This document shows, piece after piece, positions 19,136 to 28,284 of a stretch of DNA of 64,000 nt. The position numbers and the translations under genes were made by a program. Each line of letters begins with the position of its first letter. The stretch's first letter is position 1. Below the pieces are notes generated by a model, which saw only the letters and a program-made list of their open reading frames with translations, was not told where the DNA came from and did not search any database. Source of the DNA: Oceanispirochaeta sp. (GTDB lineage Bacteria > Spirochaetota > Spirochaetia > DSM-2461); NCBI GenBank assembly GCA_963663385.2, contig CAXXXD010000004.1:384001-448000 (forward strand). Direction: 5' to 3'.

Positions 19136-19159
19136 ATCCAAAAAATATCTGGAGGTATT

Positions 19160-20494
19160 ATGTCTGACGTTCAAATTGATGTTCATGTGAAACCCGAATT
19201 AAAACAGTGGATTCCCCTGAGCATTCAGCATGTTTTCGCCATGTTCGGCGCTACGATCCTGGTTCCCATCCTGACGGGACTGAGCCCTGCAACAGCTTTG
19301 TTCACATCGGGAATCGGAACTCTGCTCTATATTGCAATTACAAAAGGTAAAGTACCCGCCTATCTGGGTTCTTCCTTTGCCTTTATCGCCCCTCTGATCG
19401 CTATCAGTTCATCTGCTGATTTCGGCGTGGCCTACGCTCTGGGCGGCGCTTTCTGTGTCGGTCTGTTTTACTGTCTGATTGCCTTTATCATCAGCCGTTT
19501 CGGAATAGGCTGGATGGACCGTCTTCTTCCTCCTGTTGTTATCGGGTCAGTCATTATGGTTATCGGTCTCAAACTGGCTCCCACTGCGATGGATATGGCT
19601 ATGACCGGAGGATCAGGAACCTATAATCTGGCTTTTTTCAGTATTGCCATCGTGACCCTGGGTATCGCTGTGGTTTCATCAATTGTTTTAAAAGGGTTCT
19701 TTAATGTTATTCCCATTCTGATCGGTATTGCGGGGGGATACCTCTTTACCCTTATTATGGGGGCATTTTTCCCCGCCTATCATGTTATTGACTTTTCCGG
19801 TGTAAAAGCGGCTGCCTGGTTCGGGGTTACCAAACCGGTAATGCCGAAGTTTCACTGGATTCCCATCCTGACTTTCCTGATTGTATCCCTGGCGACTATT
19901 GCGGAACACCTGGGGGATACTCTGGTATTGAGCAAGGTGGTAGGCAAAGACTTCTATAAAGATCCCGGTCTCCATAAAACCCTGGCAGGAGACGGTATCG
20001 CCACCTCTTTTGCAGCCCTTTTCGGCGGACCTCCCAACACAACCTATGGTGAAAACATCGGTGTCATGGCAATTACCCGTGTATATAGTATCTGGGTAAT
20101 CGGCGGAGCAGCCGTAATCGCAGTGGTCCTTTCTTTTATCACAAAATTCGGTGCTCTTATTCAGACCATACCTGTTCCTGTTATGGGCGGGGTCAGTATG
20201 ATGCTCTTTGGAATTATTGCCAGTGCCGGTATCCGTACCGTTGTGGAAAGCGGTGTAAATTACGGAGAGAAACGTCATCTTACAATTTCTTCTGTCATCC
20301 TTGTCCTGGGAATCGGCGGGGGATTTGTCAGGTTCCCCATTGCCAACGGATTGAACTTCGAACTCGGCGGTGTAGCACTGGCGGCTCTGGTCGGTATCGT
20401 TCTCAATCTCGTACTCCCCCAATCCCTTGATGATATCCCCGAAGAAACAGCGGAGGAAATGATTCAGGACGAACTGGATAAACAGAAAAGATAA
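19160..20494 (+). CDS. uraA: NCS2-family uracil permease
   Basis: 'QHVFAMFGATILVP', 'YLGSSFAFI', 'EHLGD', 'PNTTYGENIGVMAITRVYS'. Confidence 0.92.
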   Translation: MSDVQIDVHVKPELKQWIPLSIQHVFAMFGATILVPILTGLSPATALFTSGIGTLLYIAITKGKVPAYLGSSFAFIAPLIAISSSADFGVAYALGGAFCVGLFYCLIAFIISRFGIGWMDRLLPPVVIGSVIMVIGLKLAPTAMDMAMTGGSGTYNLAFFSIAIVTLGIAVVSSIVLKGFFNVIPILIGIAGGYLFTLIMGAFFPAYHVIDFSGVKAAAWFGVTKPVMPKFHWIPILTFLIVSLATIAEHLGDTLVLSKVVGKDFYKDPGLHKTLAGDGIATSFAALFGGPPNTTYGENIGVMAITRVYSIWVIGGAAVIAVVLSFITKFGALIQTIPVPVMGGVSMMLFGIIASAGIRTVVESGVNYGEKRHLTISSVILVLGIGGGFVRFPIANGLNFELGGVALAALVGIVLNLVLPQSLDDIPEETAEEMIQDELDKQKR

Positions 20495-20503
20495 TAAACG
20501 ATT

Positions 20504-20610
20504 TGATCCCCTCTCTCCCTCGGCTCCGCTTGGGATGCTGAGAGGGGTTCAATTCTCAGCCTGAATCCTAAAGTCCCCCGAGCGAACGCTGTGCTGAGCG
20601 TAGTCGAGGG
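20504..20610. repeat. REP-like inverted repeats / stem-loops downstream of uraA
   Basis: TGATCCCCTCTC (20504-15) vs GAGAGGGGTTCA (20540-51), and CCCTCGGCTCCGCT (20517-30) vs AGCGTAGTCGAGGG (20597-610). Confidence 0.6.
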
Positions 20611-20668
20611 TGTATTTTATAAACTTCGTAATTAAATCCAATACGCATCAGGTCTCTCCAGCTCTATA

Positions 20669-21637
20669 ATGGATTCCATGAATAAAAAACCGGCGCAACT
20701 TACAATACTGGGAGGTTTTCTCGGCAGCGGGAAAACGACTCTGCTTAACACCATACTGAAAACTGTAGCTGAAAATTCCAGAACAGCCGTTATTATAAAT
20801 GATTTCGGCGATGTGAATATTGACGGATTGCTCATCGAACGGGGCAGTTACAGCAAAAAGGAAATCTCAGGGGGGTGTATCTGCTGCAGTCTGAAAGAAA
20901 AACTTCTGGAGAGTCTGCTGGGTATTCTGGAAGAAGAGGATCCCCGGGAGATCTATATCGAGGCTACCGGGCTTGCCGTTCCCTGGGATATGAAGCAGTC
21001 CATTGAGAAGAACTTTTCCTCCTCCCGGATTATTGTTCGGCAGGTTCTGATCTGTGTGGACGTCAGCCAGTTTAATCGTTTTCACGGTCCCCTGCCGGTG
21101 TATAAGAGACAGTTTGAGGGCTCACCCCATATCCTTATGACAAAAAGCGATCTGTATGAAAAGGAAATCCCGCCGGTTGAGGCCGTTATCCGCTCGTCCT
21201 ATCCCCTTATCTCGTCTCTGATTCCTGTTGCCAATGGCCAGTTGGATTTGAGTCATCTATCGGAACCCGTCAATAAAGTTCCTGCGGGAAACACACCCTT
21301 TTTAATGCCCGGCCTTCTTTCCGGGGCTTTTCTTCACAAAGAAAAAGGGAATATTATTCAGCTTTCGTATAAAGGTATATTTAACTTTTCATCTTATGAG
21401 TTGGAAAAAATAATCAGCAGGGTTAAAGAAAAAATCCTTCGATTAAAAGGAATATTAATTCTGAAGGAAATCAAGCTGATTGTCCATTTTGACGGCACCA
21501 ATTTTTCCGCTGAAGAGTATACTGCAAATGAAGCCAATTCAATTGTTTATTCTCAGAAAAACAGTCAGATGACTCTGTTCTGTCTGGAGAAATTCAGAGT
21601 TGAACTAAACAGCCTTTTCCACCCTCTATTTGAATAA
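20669..21637 (+). CDS. CobW/COG0523-family metallochaperone GTPase
   Basis: 'GGFLGSGKTT', 'INDFG', 'GCICCS', 'IEATG' and C-terminal 'ILRLKG'. Confidence 0.9.
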   Translation: MDSMNKKPAQLTILGGFLGSGKTTLLNTILKTVAENSRTAVIINDFGDVNIDGLLIERGSYSKKEISGGCICCSLKEKLLESLLGILEEEDPREIYIEATGLAVPWDMKQSIEKNFSSSRIIVRQVLICVDVSQFNRFHGPLPVYKRQFEGSPHILMTKSDLYEKEIPPVEAVIRSSYPLISSLIPVANGQLDLSHLSEPVNKVPAGNTPFLMPGLLSGAFLHKEKGNIIQLSYKGIFNFSSYELEKIISRVKEKILRLKGILILKEIKLIVHFDGTNFSAEEYTANEANSIVYSQKNSQMTLFCLEKFRVELNSLFHPLFE

Positions 21638-21744
21638 TAATTTTGAATAAATATGCAATTTTTTAATTATTTTCTTTTCAAAAATTCTGAAACGGCTTAT
21701 ATTGAAATAAGAATTATCTGTTTTATTAAAGTCAGGAGATAGAA

Positions 21745-22050
21745 ATGGCACGAGCTAAAAAAACTGATGTCTATAAAAATGTTTATGAGAATCTCAGCTA
21801 TGATGAGAAGCTTGTATTAAGAACTGAACTGGAGTATGCCATTAAGGCTGATGAAAGAGAGATCTCCAAAAAAAGCCAGAAAGAAGATGCAAAAAAAGTT
21901 AGAGATAAACTGAAAATCCACGATAAGATTAAATATATGTATAAAAAAGAAGAGGTTGTTGGCGAAATAATCGCTATTGCTGTGGATAAGGTTCAGGTTC
22001 TTAGCGGAGAAAACAAAAGATCCGTTTCCTACAACAAGATCGTTCAGTAA
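21745..22050 (+). CDS. Hypothetical small basic protein
   Basis: AGGAG RBS, AT-rich upstream region and its own terminator. Confidence 0.8.
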   Translation: MARAKKTDVYKNVYENLSYDEKLVLRTELEYAIKADEREISKKSQKEDAKKVRDKLKIHDKIKYMYKKEEVVGEIIAIAVDKVQVLSGENKRSVSYNKIVQ

Positions 22051-22059
22051 ATAATTTCA

Positions 22060-22101
22060 TCCCTCCCGGAGAACCCCTGATCTCCGGGAGGGAGCCTTTT
22101 T
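22060..22101 (+). terminator. Intrinsic terminator (possibly bidirectional)
   Basis: TCCCTCCCGGAGA/TCTCCGGGAGGGA 13-bp stem plus GCCTTTTT, between convergent genes. Confidence 0.85.
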
Positions 22102-22110
22102 ATCCTTCAT

Positions 22111-23418
22111 TTATTTCAGTTGATATTCTTTGATCTTATTCAGAATTGTCCTGCGTGATATTCCCAATTCCATGGCGGCTTTTGTTTTATTATTCTCCCA
22201 TTTATGAAGAGCGTTTACAATCATTTTTCTTTCCATATCCCGTAGTGTACCCCCTTCGATAAAGGCAGCTTCCCTTTTCTGATCGGATAGATCCAGGTCT
22301 TTTACTTTCAGTTCGGTCCCGCCGGAAAAAATACAGGCTCGTTCCAGAATATTTTCCAGTTCCCGTATATTCCCGGGAAAGTCATAGGATTCCAGCCATT
22401 TTATGGATTCGGGAGAAACTGTTCGTATATCCGATCCCATTTTTCTGTTCAGTTTCTGTAAAAGGCTGATACTGAGCGGAATGATATCTTCCTTTCTTTC
22501 CCTGAGAGGAGGAAGTTCAATTCTGGCTACATTAAGTCTGTAGAAGAGATCTTCTCGGAACTGCTGGTTCTTTACATCCTCCTCCAGGTCCCTGTTGGTC
22601 GCGGAAATAATACGGGCCTGTATGGGGATATCCGATACCCCCCCAAGACGGCGGATGGTCTTTTCCTGAAGGACCCGGAGGATTTTTATCTGAAGGGCAA
22701 GGGGCATCTCTCCTATTTCGTCCAGGAAGAGGGTTCCTCCGGAGGCCATTTCAAAGAGTCCGTTTTTTCTTTTTTCCGCTCCCGTAAAAGCACCCTTTTC
22801 ATAACCGAAGAGCTCGCTTTCCAGAAGACTCTCCGGAATCCCTCCAATATTGATACTGACAAAGGGGCCTTCGGAAACACGGGAATTCTGGTGGATAAAC
22901 CGGGCTGTTACCTCCTTGCCGCTACCGCTCTCTCCTGTAATCAGTACAGTTGAAGGTGTCGGCGCTATTTTCAGCATCCGTTTCTTCAGGATATTCATTC
23001 CCGGAGAACGGGTCAGATAGGTATCGTCTTCATTGTTCTCTTTAAGACGTTTTGCCATCATACAGGTCTTGTAGGCGGAATAGATTCTGTGCAGCATCTC
23101 TTCGGGAGCAAAGGGTTTTACAATATAATCAAAGGCTCCGCTCCTTAATGCCTGTACCGCATCATCCGCCTGACCAAAGGCTGACATCATAATAAATGGA
23201 ATCTCCATTCCTTCTTCCCGTGTCCACTCCAGCAGTTCCTGCCCGCTCATCCCGGGCATCTTCAGATCGCAGACAATAATGTCAAACGCTTCCTCCTTTA
23301 AAATCCTCTGGGCGGAGAGACCGTTTTCAGCGCCTGCGGATGAAATATCCTCAAGCTCCAGGACTTTGATCATAATCTCCCTGATATTTTTTTCGTCATC
23401 TACAATAAGAACTCTCAC
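22111..23418 (-). CDS. Sigma54-dependent response regulator (NtrC/ZraR type: REC, AAA+, Fis HTH)
   Basis: 'GESGSGKE', 'ELFGYEKGAFTGA', 'FLDEIGE', 'FPGNIRELEN'. Confidence 0.95.
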   Translation of the reverse strand: MRVLIVDDEKNIREIMIKVLELEDISSAGAENGLSAQRILKEEAFDIIVCDLKMPGMSGQELLEWTREEGMEIPFIMMSAFGQADDAVQALRSGAFDYIVKPFAPEEMLHRIYSAYKTCMMAKRLKENNEDDTYLTRSPGMNILKKRMLKIAPTPSTVLITGESGSGKEVTARFIHQNSRVSEGPFVSINIGGIPESLLESELFGYEKGAFTGAEKRKNGLFEMASGGTLFLDEIGEMPLALQIKILRVLQEKTIRRLGGVSDIPIQARIISATNRDLEEDVKNQQFREDLFYRLNVARIELPPLRERKEDIIPLSISLLQKLNRKMGSDIRTVSPESIKWLESYDFPGNIRELENILERACIFSGGTELKVKDLDLSDQKREAAFIEGGTLRDMERKMIVNALHKWENNKTKAAMELGISRRTILNKIKEYQLK

Positions 23419-24677
23419 TGTTTATTCCCCCTGGATGCTTTGGGCAGACGAAATACGATTTCGGTCATGACACCCTCAATGGATTCAATATATATCTGTC
23501 CTTCCGCAGCTTCCAGAAAGCGTTTTACTATCATCAATCCCGCACCGCTGCCGGTGGATTTTGTCGTAAAAAAAGGATCAAAAAGATGGTTTTTAATCTC
23601 CCGGGGAATTCCCTTTCCCCTGTCTGAAATACTGATATAGACAAGGCGTTTTGTACTGCTGGTTTTTATCCTGATATCTTTGAGGGAGGAGCCGCTTTCA
23701 ATGGCATTGTTAATCAGGTTCTCGGCTACCGACCTGAACCTGTCTCTGTCAAAACAGATTGGACAGGGGGTGTCGCACAGGTCCCATTGAATCTCATCAG
23801 GATAGAGACTCATTATTTCTCTGAAAAAGTCATTGGTGTCGAGGGGGGCAGGATCGCCCAGCGGTTCCCTAAGGTAATCCTTGACCGTATCCATTAAACG
23901 GGACAAGCGATCGACTTCACTGTTGATTACAGCTGTTTCCCCCTCCAGTTCCTTGGGGTAGAGTCTTTTGATAAAACCGGAATGGAGGCGGATGGCGGCC
24001 AGGGGATTCTTCATTTCATGGGTTAATGTTCTGAGAGCCGATCCCAATATAACCAGATTCTGCTGGGAGTCCAACTGCTTTTGAAGCTGGTTCCTCCGTT
24101 TGAACAGGATCAGTATCTGAATTGTTAAAAGAAGGGTAAAAAGGTGAATAATAATCTGGATAATATAGAGATTCTGGGTCTCCCTGAAAAACTTCTCATC
24201 TACAATCTCCATGTGGATAATGATATTTGTATTCCACCAGTCCTGTTCCATAAAATTCCGGGCTTCCCAGGGGATGCCCCGGGAGAATCGTTCCATTTCA
24301 TAATTCAGAAGGAAGAGGCTTTTACTTTTATCGGTATGAACATACTGCTGATCGCTATAGTCATAGAGGCGGGGGTCCCGGGTAATGGTTCCGTATGAAA
24401 ACAGGGTTGATCCTCCCTTTTCATAGATAATAATTCCTGTTACGTTCCCGTGTTTTTCTGTATAATCGGTTGTCCGGTTATCGAAATAGGCTCCAATCAG
24501 CTCCATCGAAATCCTGTCCATTCTGGTTTTCTGGAGCAGGACCCGTTCATTGTGATTCATTCTGAGCAGCAGTATTGTCAGGAGGGTGATGCTGATAAAA
24601 GAAATGATCACCGTAATGGAGTAGAGACGAATGGGGCGTTTTTCCGATTTCTTAAATCGTTGTGACTGTATCTTCAT
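23415..24677 (-). CDS. Membrane sensor histidine kinase cognate to the sigma54 activator
   Basis: Two TMs, 'LTHEMKNPL' and 'FDPFFTTKSTGSGAGL'. Confidence 0.92.
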   Translation of the reverse strand: MKIQSQRFKKSEKRPIRLYSITVIISFISITLLTILLLRMNHNERVLLQKTRMDRISMELIGAYFDNRTTDYTEKHGNVTGIIIYEKGGSTLFSYGTITRDPRLYDYSDQQYVHTDKSKSLFLLNYEMERFSRGIPWEARNFMEQDWWNTNIIIHMEIVDEKFFRETQNLYIIQIIIHLFTLLLTIQILILFKRRNQLQKQLDSQQNLVILGSALRTLTHEMKNPLAAIRLHSGFIKRLYPKELEGETAVINSEVDRLSRLMDTVKDYLREPLGDPAPLDTNDFFREIMSLYPDEIQWDLCDTPCPICFDRDRFRSVAENLINNAIESGSSLKDIRIKTSSTKRLVYISISDRGKGIPREIKNHLFDPFFTTKSTGSGAGLMIVKRFLEAAEGQIYIESIEGVMTEIVFRLPKASRGNKQ

Positions 24678-24689
24678 ATCTTTTTTACC

Positions 24690-24705
24690 AACAATTTTCG
24701 TGCCA
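24690..24705 (-). promoter_or_regulatory. Candidate sigma54 (-24/-12) promoter for the kinase-regulator operon
   Basis: The minus strand reads TGGCAC-GAAAA-TTGTT. Confidence 0.55.
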
Positions 24706-24950
24706 CCTTCTTTTATTTCAGATTACAGGGCTAAGAAAGATCTGAAAGTGTGCAAATATTTCCCATCGTATCAGAACCGGTAAATAATTCACAGTCAGCA
24801 GAATTCGGGCAAATCCTGCAAGCGACTGCTGTTCTGATACTTTTCTTCTCTCCTTTTTTAACCTTATAATTTGTACATTTTTTTATATGATAAAATATGT
24901 TCCTATATAATAAGTAGTTATTCCGTTATTGCTTAGTCCTCTTCTCCTGT

Positions 24951-24966
24951 TGGCACGCTGTTTGTA
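24951..24966 (+). promoter_or_regulatory. Candidate sigma54 (-24/-12) promoter for the GIN-domain gene
   Basis: TGGCAC-GCTGT-TTGTA, next to a sigma54 activator gene. Confidence 0.65.
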
Positions 24967-25021
24967 ATTGAGTTATCAAGCGGGATTACCCGCAGAATTA
25001 AAAACGAACAGGAGGACCCAT

Positions 25022-25873
25022 ATGAACGGTTCATCAAAAATCAAACAATTCGCAGTTTCCACTGTATTGGCAGTCGGAATGACTTTTTCCCTCGCAGCAG
25101 GCGGACAGAAGGATATTACTCCCGCAGGAACAGATGCGATCCTAACGGCAGATTACAAGAGTATTCAGGATATTACCCTGGATGGAATTGCCTCCTATAC
25201 AATTAAAGAGGGAAGCTCTTTCTCTCTTGAAATAAAGGGAGATAAAGCCTTTGTTGATGCGGTGTCTGTAGAAAATAACAATAGCTATCTTAAAGTTGTC
25301 GCCCATGCCGACCGGCCCGTAGATGTCACTATTACAGCGCCCTTCCTTGAATCTCTGAATATTTCCGGCGGATCAGAGGGAACAATGGCCGGTTATGATA
25401 TGGACCGTGCTCTGGCTCTCTATGTGAGCGACGACAGTTCCCTGACCATACAGGGAGAGCTGGCAACTCCCGAGCTTTACCTGTTCGCTTTCGGCAGTGA
25501 GTTAAAAGGTTCCGTGAAAACCCATTTTCTGATTCTTGAAGCACATGGGGATGCCGATGTGACCCTCAGCGGTTCTGCTACTGTCCTCAATACGGTACTT
25601 GTAAGCAACAGTAATACTGTTCTGGATGGACTCTCCATACAGGATGCCGATCTTAAACTGGAGAACAGCGCTGTATTGACGGCAGATTTCCCCGGAGTGA
25701 GCAATGTAAAGATTGATGCTTTTGCAAACAGCTCGATTAAGCTTGCCATGGACGGAATCCTGAGTGCCGATATATTTGGCGACAGCGCTCTGATTTACAG
25801 CGGTGATGTGACCTGGGCGGGAAAGCATGTGGCAGATAATGAAGATGATGATGCCTTTATCAAAATGATGTAG
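25022..25873 (+). CDS. Secreted GIN/DUF2807-like beta-helix protein
   Basis: Signal peptide ending 'LAAGGQKD' and repeats such as 'LESLNISGGSEG' and 'VTLSGSATVL'. Start at ATG 25022 after a GGAGG RBS. Confidence 0.75.
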   Translation: MNGSSKIKQFAVSTVLAVGMTFSLAAGGQKDITPAGTDAILTADYKSIQDITLDGIASYTIKEGSSFSLEIKGDKAFVDAVSVENNNSYLKVVAHADRPVDVTITAPFLESLNISGGSEGTMAGYDMDRALALYVSDDSSLTIQGELATPELYLFAFGSELKGSVKTHFLILEAHGDADVTLSGSATVLNTVLVSNSNTVLDGLSIQDADLKLENSAVLTADFPGVSNVKIDAFANSSIKLAMDGILSADIFGDSALIYSGDVTWAGKHVADNEDDDAFIKMM

Positions 25874-25910
25874 TCATCTGGAATGAATGATGGAAGAATC
25901 CCCGGCTGAA

Positions 25911-28235
25911 TCAGCAAGGGGGTTTTTCTTGTATAATATCCTCCAGAACCGCCGGTCTGGAATACAGATACCCCTGAGCATAGGTCATCCCCAGGCTTTT
26001 CAGCAGCTCATGTTCTTTCTCTGTTTCGATCCCTTCAACAATGACCATATTCTCCATGGATTTCCCCAGATTCAGAAGAGAACGGAATATCTCGATATTC
26101 CGCGGAGCCGCCTGAATATCTTTCACAAAAGTCCTGTCTACCTTGAGGGTGTCAAAAGCCAGGGTGTATAACCTGTGGAAGGAGGATTCTCCCGTCCCGA
26201 AATCATCGATAGCCAAACGGTATTCCCGGTTGATCAGTTCTTCTACGGACTGCCAGAAGTATTGGGCTGTGGAGGAGGCTGAAGATTCGGTAATTTCCAG
26301 TTTTATCCTCTTTTTATCAATCCCGGCTGCATCCATCATGGCATCCAGTTTGTCCGGGAATCCTGACTCGATAAACTGGAGAGGGCTTACGTTGACTGAA
26401 ATAAACCAGTCCCCGGGGATAATTCCCGAGGCGAGAACACGAATTGTTTCCCGGAGGACGAACCAGCCCAACTCTATTATGTATCCATTCTCTTCGGCCA
26501 GGGGGATAAAATCCGCAGGAGACACTATAGTTCCCGTATAGGAACTGTTCCACCGGAGCAGCGCTTCCGCTCCGACTGTTTTCCTGTCCTCCACCCTTAT
26601 AATGGGCTGATACAGAAGATGCAGTTCATCAATAAAACTGTTTTGACTCATCGCCGCATCCAGATTAATCATACGTGAGTTGTTCTCCTGTATCCTGTCG
26701 TTGTAAAGGAAAATCTGATCAATCTGTTTGCTGTTATTGCCGGAAAGGGTTGCCTGGGACATATTGACTGCCTGATTAAGATCTTCAGCCTCGGCAAAAG
26801 CCGCCAGTCCGAATCGAACCCGCAGACGGATATTCCTGTTATGAAGCAGTATGGCCCTTCTGAACTCCTGCAGAAGGCTTCTGGACAGGTTGAGGGCATT
26901 TCCCCGGGGTGTATCCATACAGACAATATAGAAATTAAATCCCCTGCCTCTGAACAGACCGGCATTTTCCGGACAATTTGAAACCAGCCTCCCGGCAAAT
27001 TCCTTAAGGATGCTGTCTATAATATCCCTGTCCATAATGATGGAAAGCTCCCGCATATTCTCAAGAGATACCTGAATCAGATATCTGCTGTCTTCCAGGC
27101 CGTAGGGGGAATCGATGGTTTCAAAAAAAGCGTTAAGGTTATGAAGGCCCGTCACGGGATCGTGGTAGGCTATAAACTCAAGGGCTGTTTCTGCTTCCTT
27201 CCTCTTTTGTATCTCGATTTTCAGAGATGTATTCTCAAAATTCAGCTGCCTGTTTTCAATATCTTTCCGTTTTGTTCGCAGACTCAAATAGTAAAAGAAT
27301 GGCAGCATCAGGCTGAAAAACAGAAATATGATGTAGTTCCTGCTGTAATGTTTGATCAGCCCCCGGATAATCTCTTTCCTGTCCGTAACTCCATACAGTT
27401 TGAATCTTTTGTCTTTTGTTTCTGTTTCCAGGAGGAGGGGGGTGATTCCCTTCCGAGTGAACATCTCAAGGGTTTTTCCCCGGTTGAAGACCTCTGTATT
27501 TTCTTCCTGAAACATGCTTACCCCGCCGGACCCCTTATCTATGCAGGAAACAGCGTAGATAATGCTTCTATCCGACAGAGTAAGGATTAATCCTTCGTAA
27601 TCAGAAAAATCAAACTGTCTGAAAAAGTCTTCCAATAGGGGACGGATAATATCAATAGTGATTACTCCGGCTTTTCTTCCCTCTCTGTAAAAGGGTTTGC
27701 CGACAGTTATATAGGTGTAGTCCGTATCAAAGTAGGGAGCGGTTAAATAAAAGCCATCGGATGCAGAATCCAGAATCTTCTTATACCAGTCCGTACGGTG
27801 ATATTCGTATTCGGGAGTACTCCATTCATAGCTCACTGAAAAGAGTCCTCCCCGGGGATCATTATAATGGATATAGGGGCCGTACCACTGCCTGTCGGGA
27901 CTGAAAACATAGGGTTCGTACCAGATTCCGATTCCATAAATCAGACTGGAGCGGGCCGAAGAAAATATTTTTGTCAGGAATTCCTCATGGGAGGATCTGT
28001 CCAGAGGAAGGCTGTGGCTGAGAGTTGTTGTTGTTTCAAGAAGCTGATAGAGGGCAATGAAGTTGGACTCTATTATTTCCAATGCATAGGAGAGGTGGTC
28101 TGTTCTGTTTTTAACCTCCAGAAGGTACTCCTTTCTGTCATTAGAGTACATATACAGAATTCCCATTATTTGGAGGAGAAAGATAAAGGATATAACGACG
28201 GGTGTGATTACCGGGTTTTTTATTCTCTTATCCAC
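25911..28235 (-). CDS. Membrane Cache-like sensor, degenerate GGDEF and EAL c-di-GMP phosphodiesterase
   Basis: 'YHRTDWY...TAPYFD' Cache features, 'FRGRGFNF' at the GGDEF position, and 'AEALLRW', 'LEITES', 'IDDFGTG'. Confidence 0.88.
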   Translation of the reverse strand: MDKRIKNPVITPVVISFIFLLQIMGILYMYSNDRKEYLLEVKNRTDHLSYALEIIESNFIALYQLLETTTTLSHSLPLDRSSHEEFLTKIFSSARSSLIYGIGIWYEPYVFSPDRQWYGPYIHYNDPRGGLFSVSYEWSTPEYEYHRTDWYKKILDSASDGFYLTAPYFDTDYTYITVGKPFYREGRKAGVITIDIIRPLLEDFFRQFDFSDYEGLILTLSDRSIIYAVSCIDKGSGGVSMFQEENTEVFNRGKTLEMFTRKGITPLLLETETKDKRFKLYGVTDRKEIIRGLIKHYSRNYIIFLFFSLMLPFFYYLSLRTKRKDIENRQLNFENTSLKIEIQKRKEAETALEFIAYHDPVTGLHNLNAFFETIDSPYGLEDSRYLIQVSLENMRELSIIMDRDIIDSILKEFAGRLVSNCPENAGLFRGRGFNFYIVCMDTPRGNALNLSRSLLQEFRRAILLHNRNIRLRVRFGLAAFAEAEDLNQAVNMSQATLSGNNSKQIDQIFLYNDRIQENNSRMINLDAAMSQNSFIDELHLLYQPIIRVEDRKTVGAEALLRWNSSYTGTIVSPADFIPLAEENGYIIELGWFVLRETIRVLASGIIPGDWFISVNVSPLQFIESGFPDKLDAMMDAAGIDKKRIKLEITESSASSTAQYFWQSVEELINREYRLAIDDFGTGESSFHRLYTLAFDTLKVDRTFVKDIQAAPRNIEIFRSLLNLGKSMENMVIVEGIETEKEHELLKSLGMTYAQGYLYSRPAVLEDIIQEKPPC

Positions 28236-28284
28236 TAGTTTTATTATAAACTAAAGTTGATATCTTTGCAGATAAAAAACCTTG

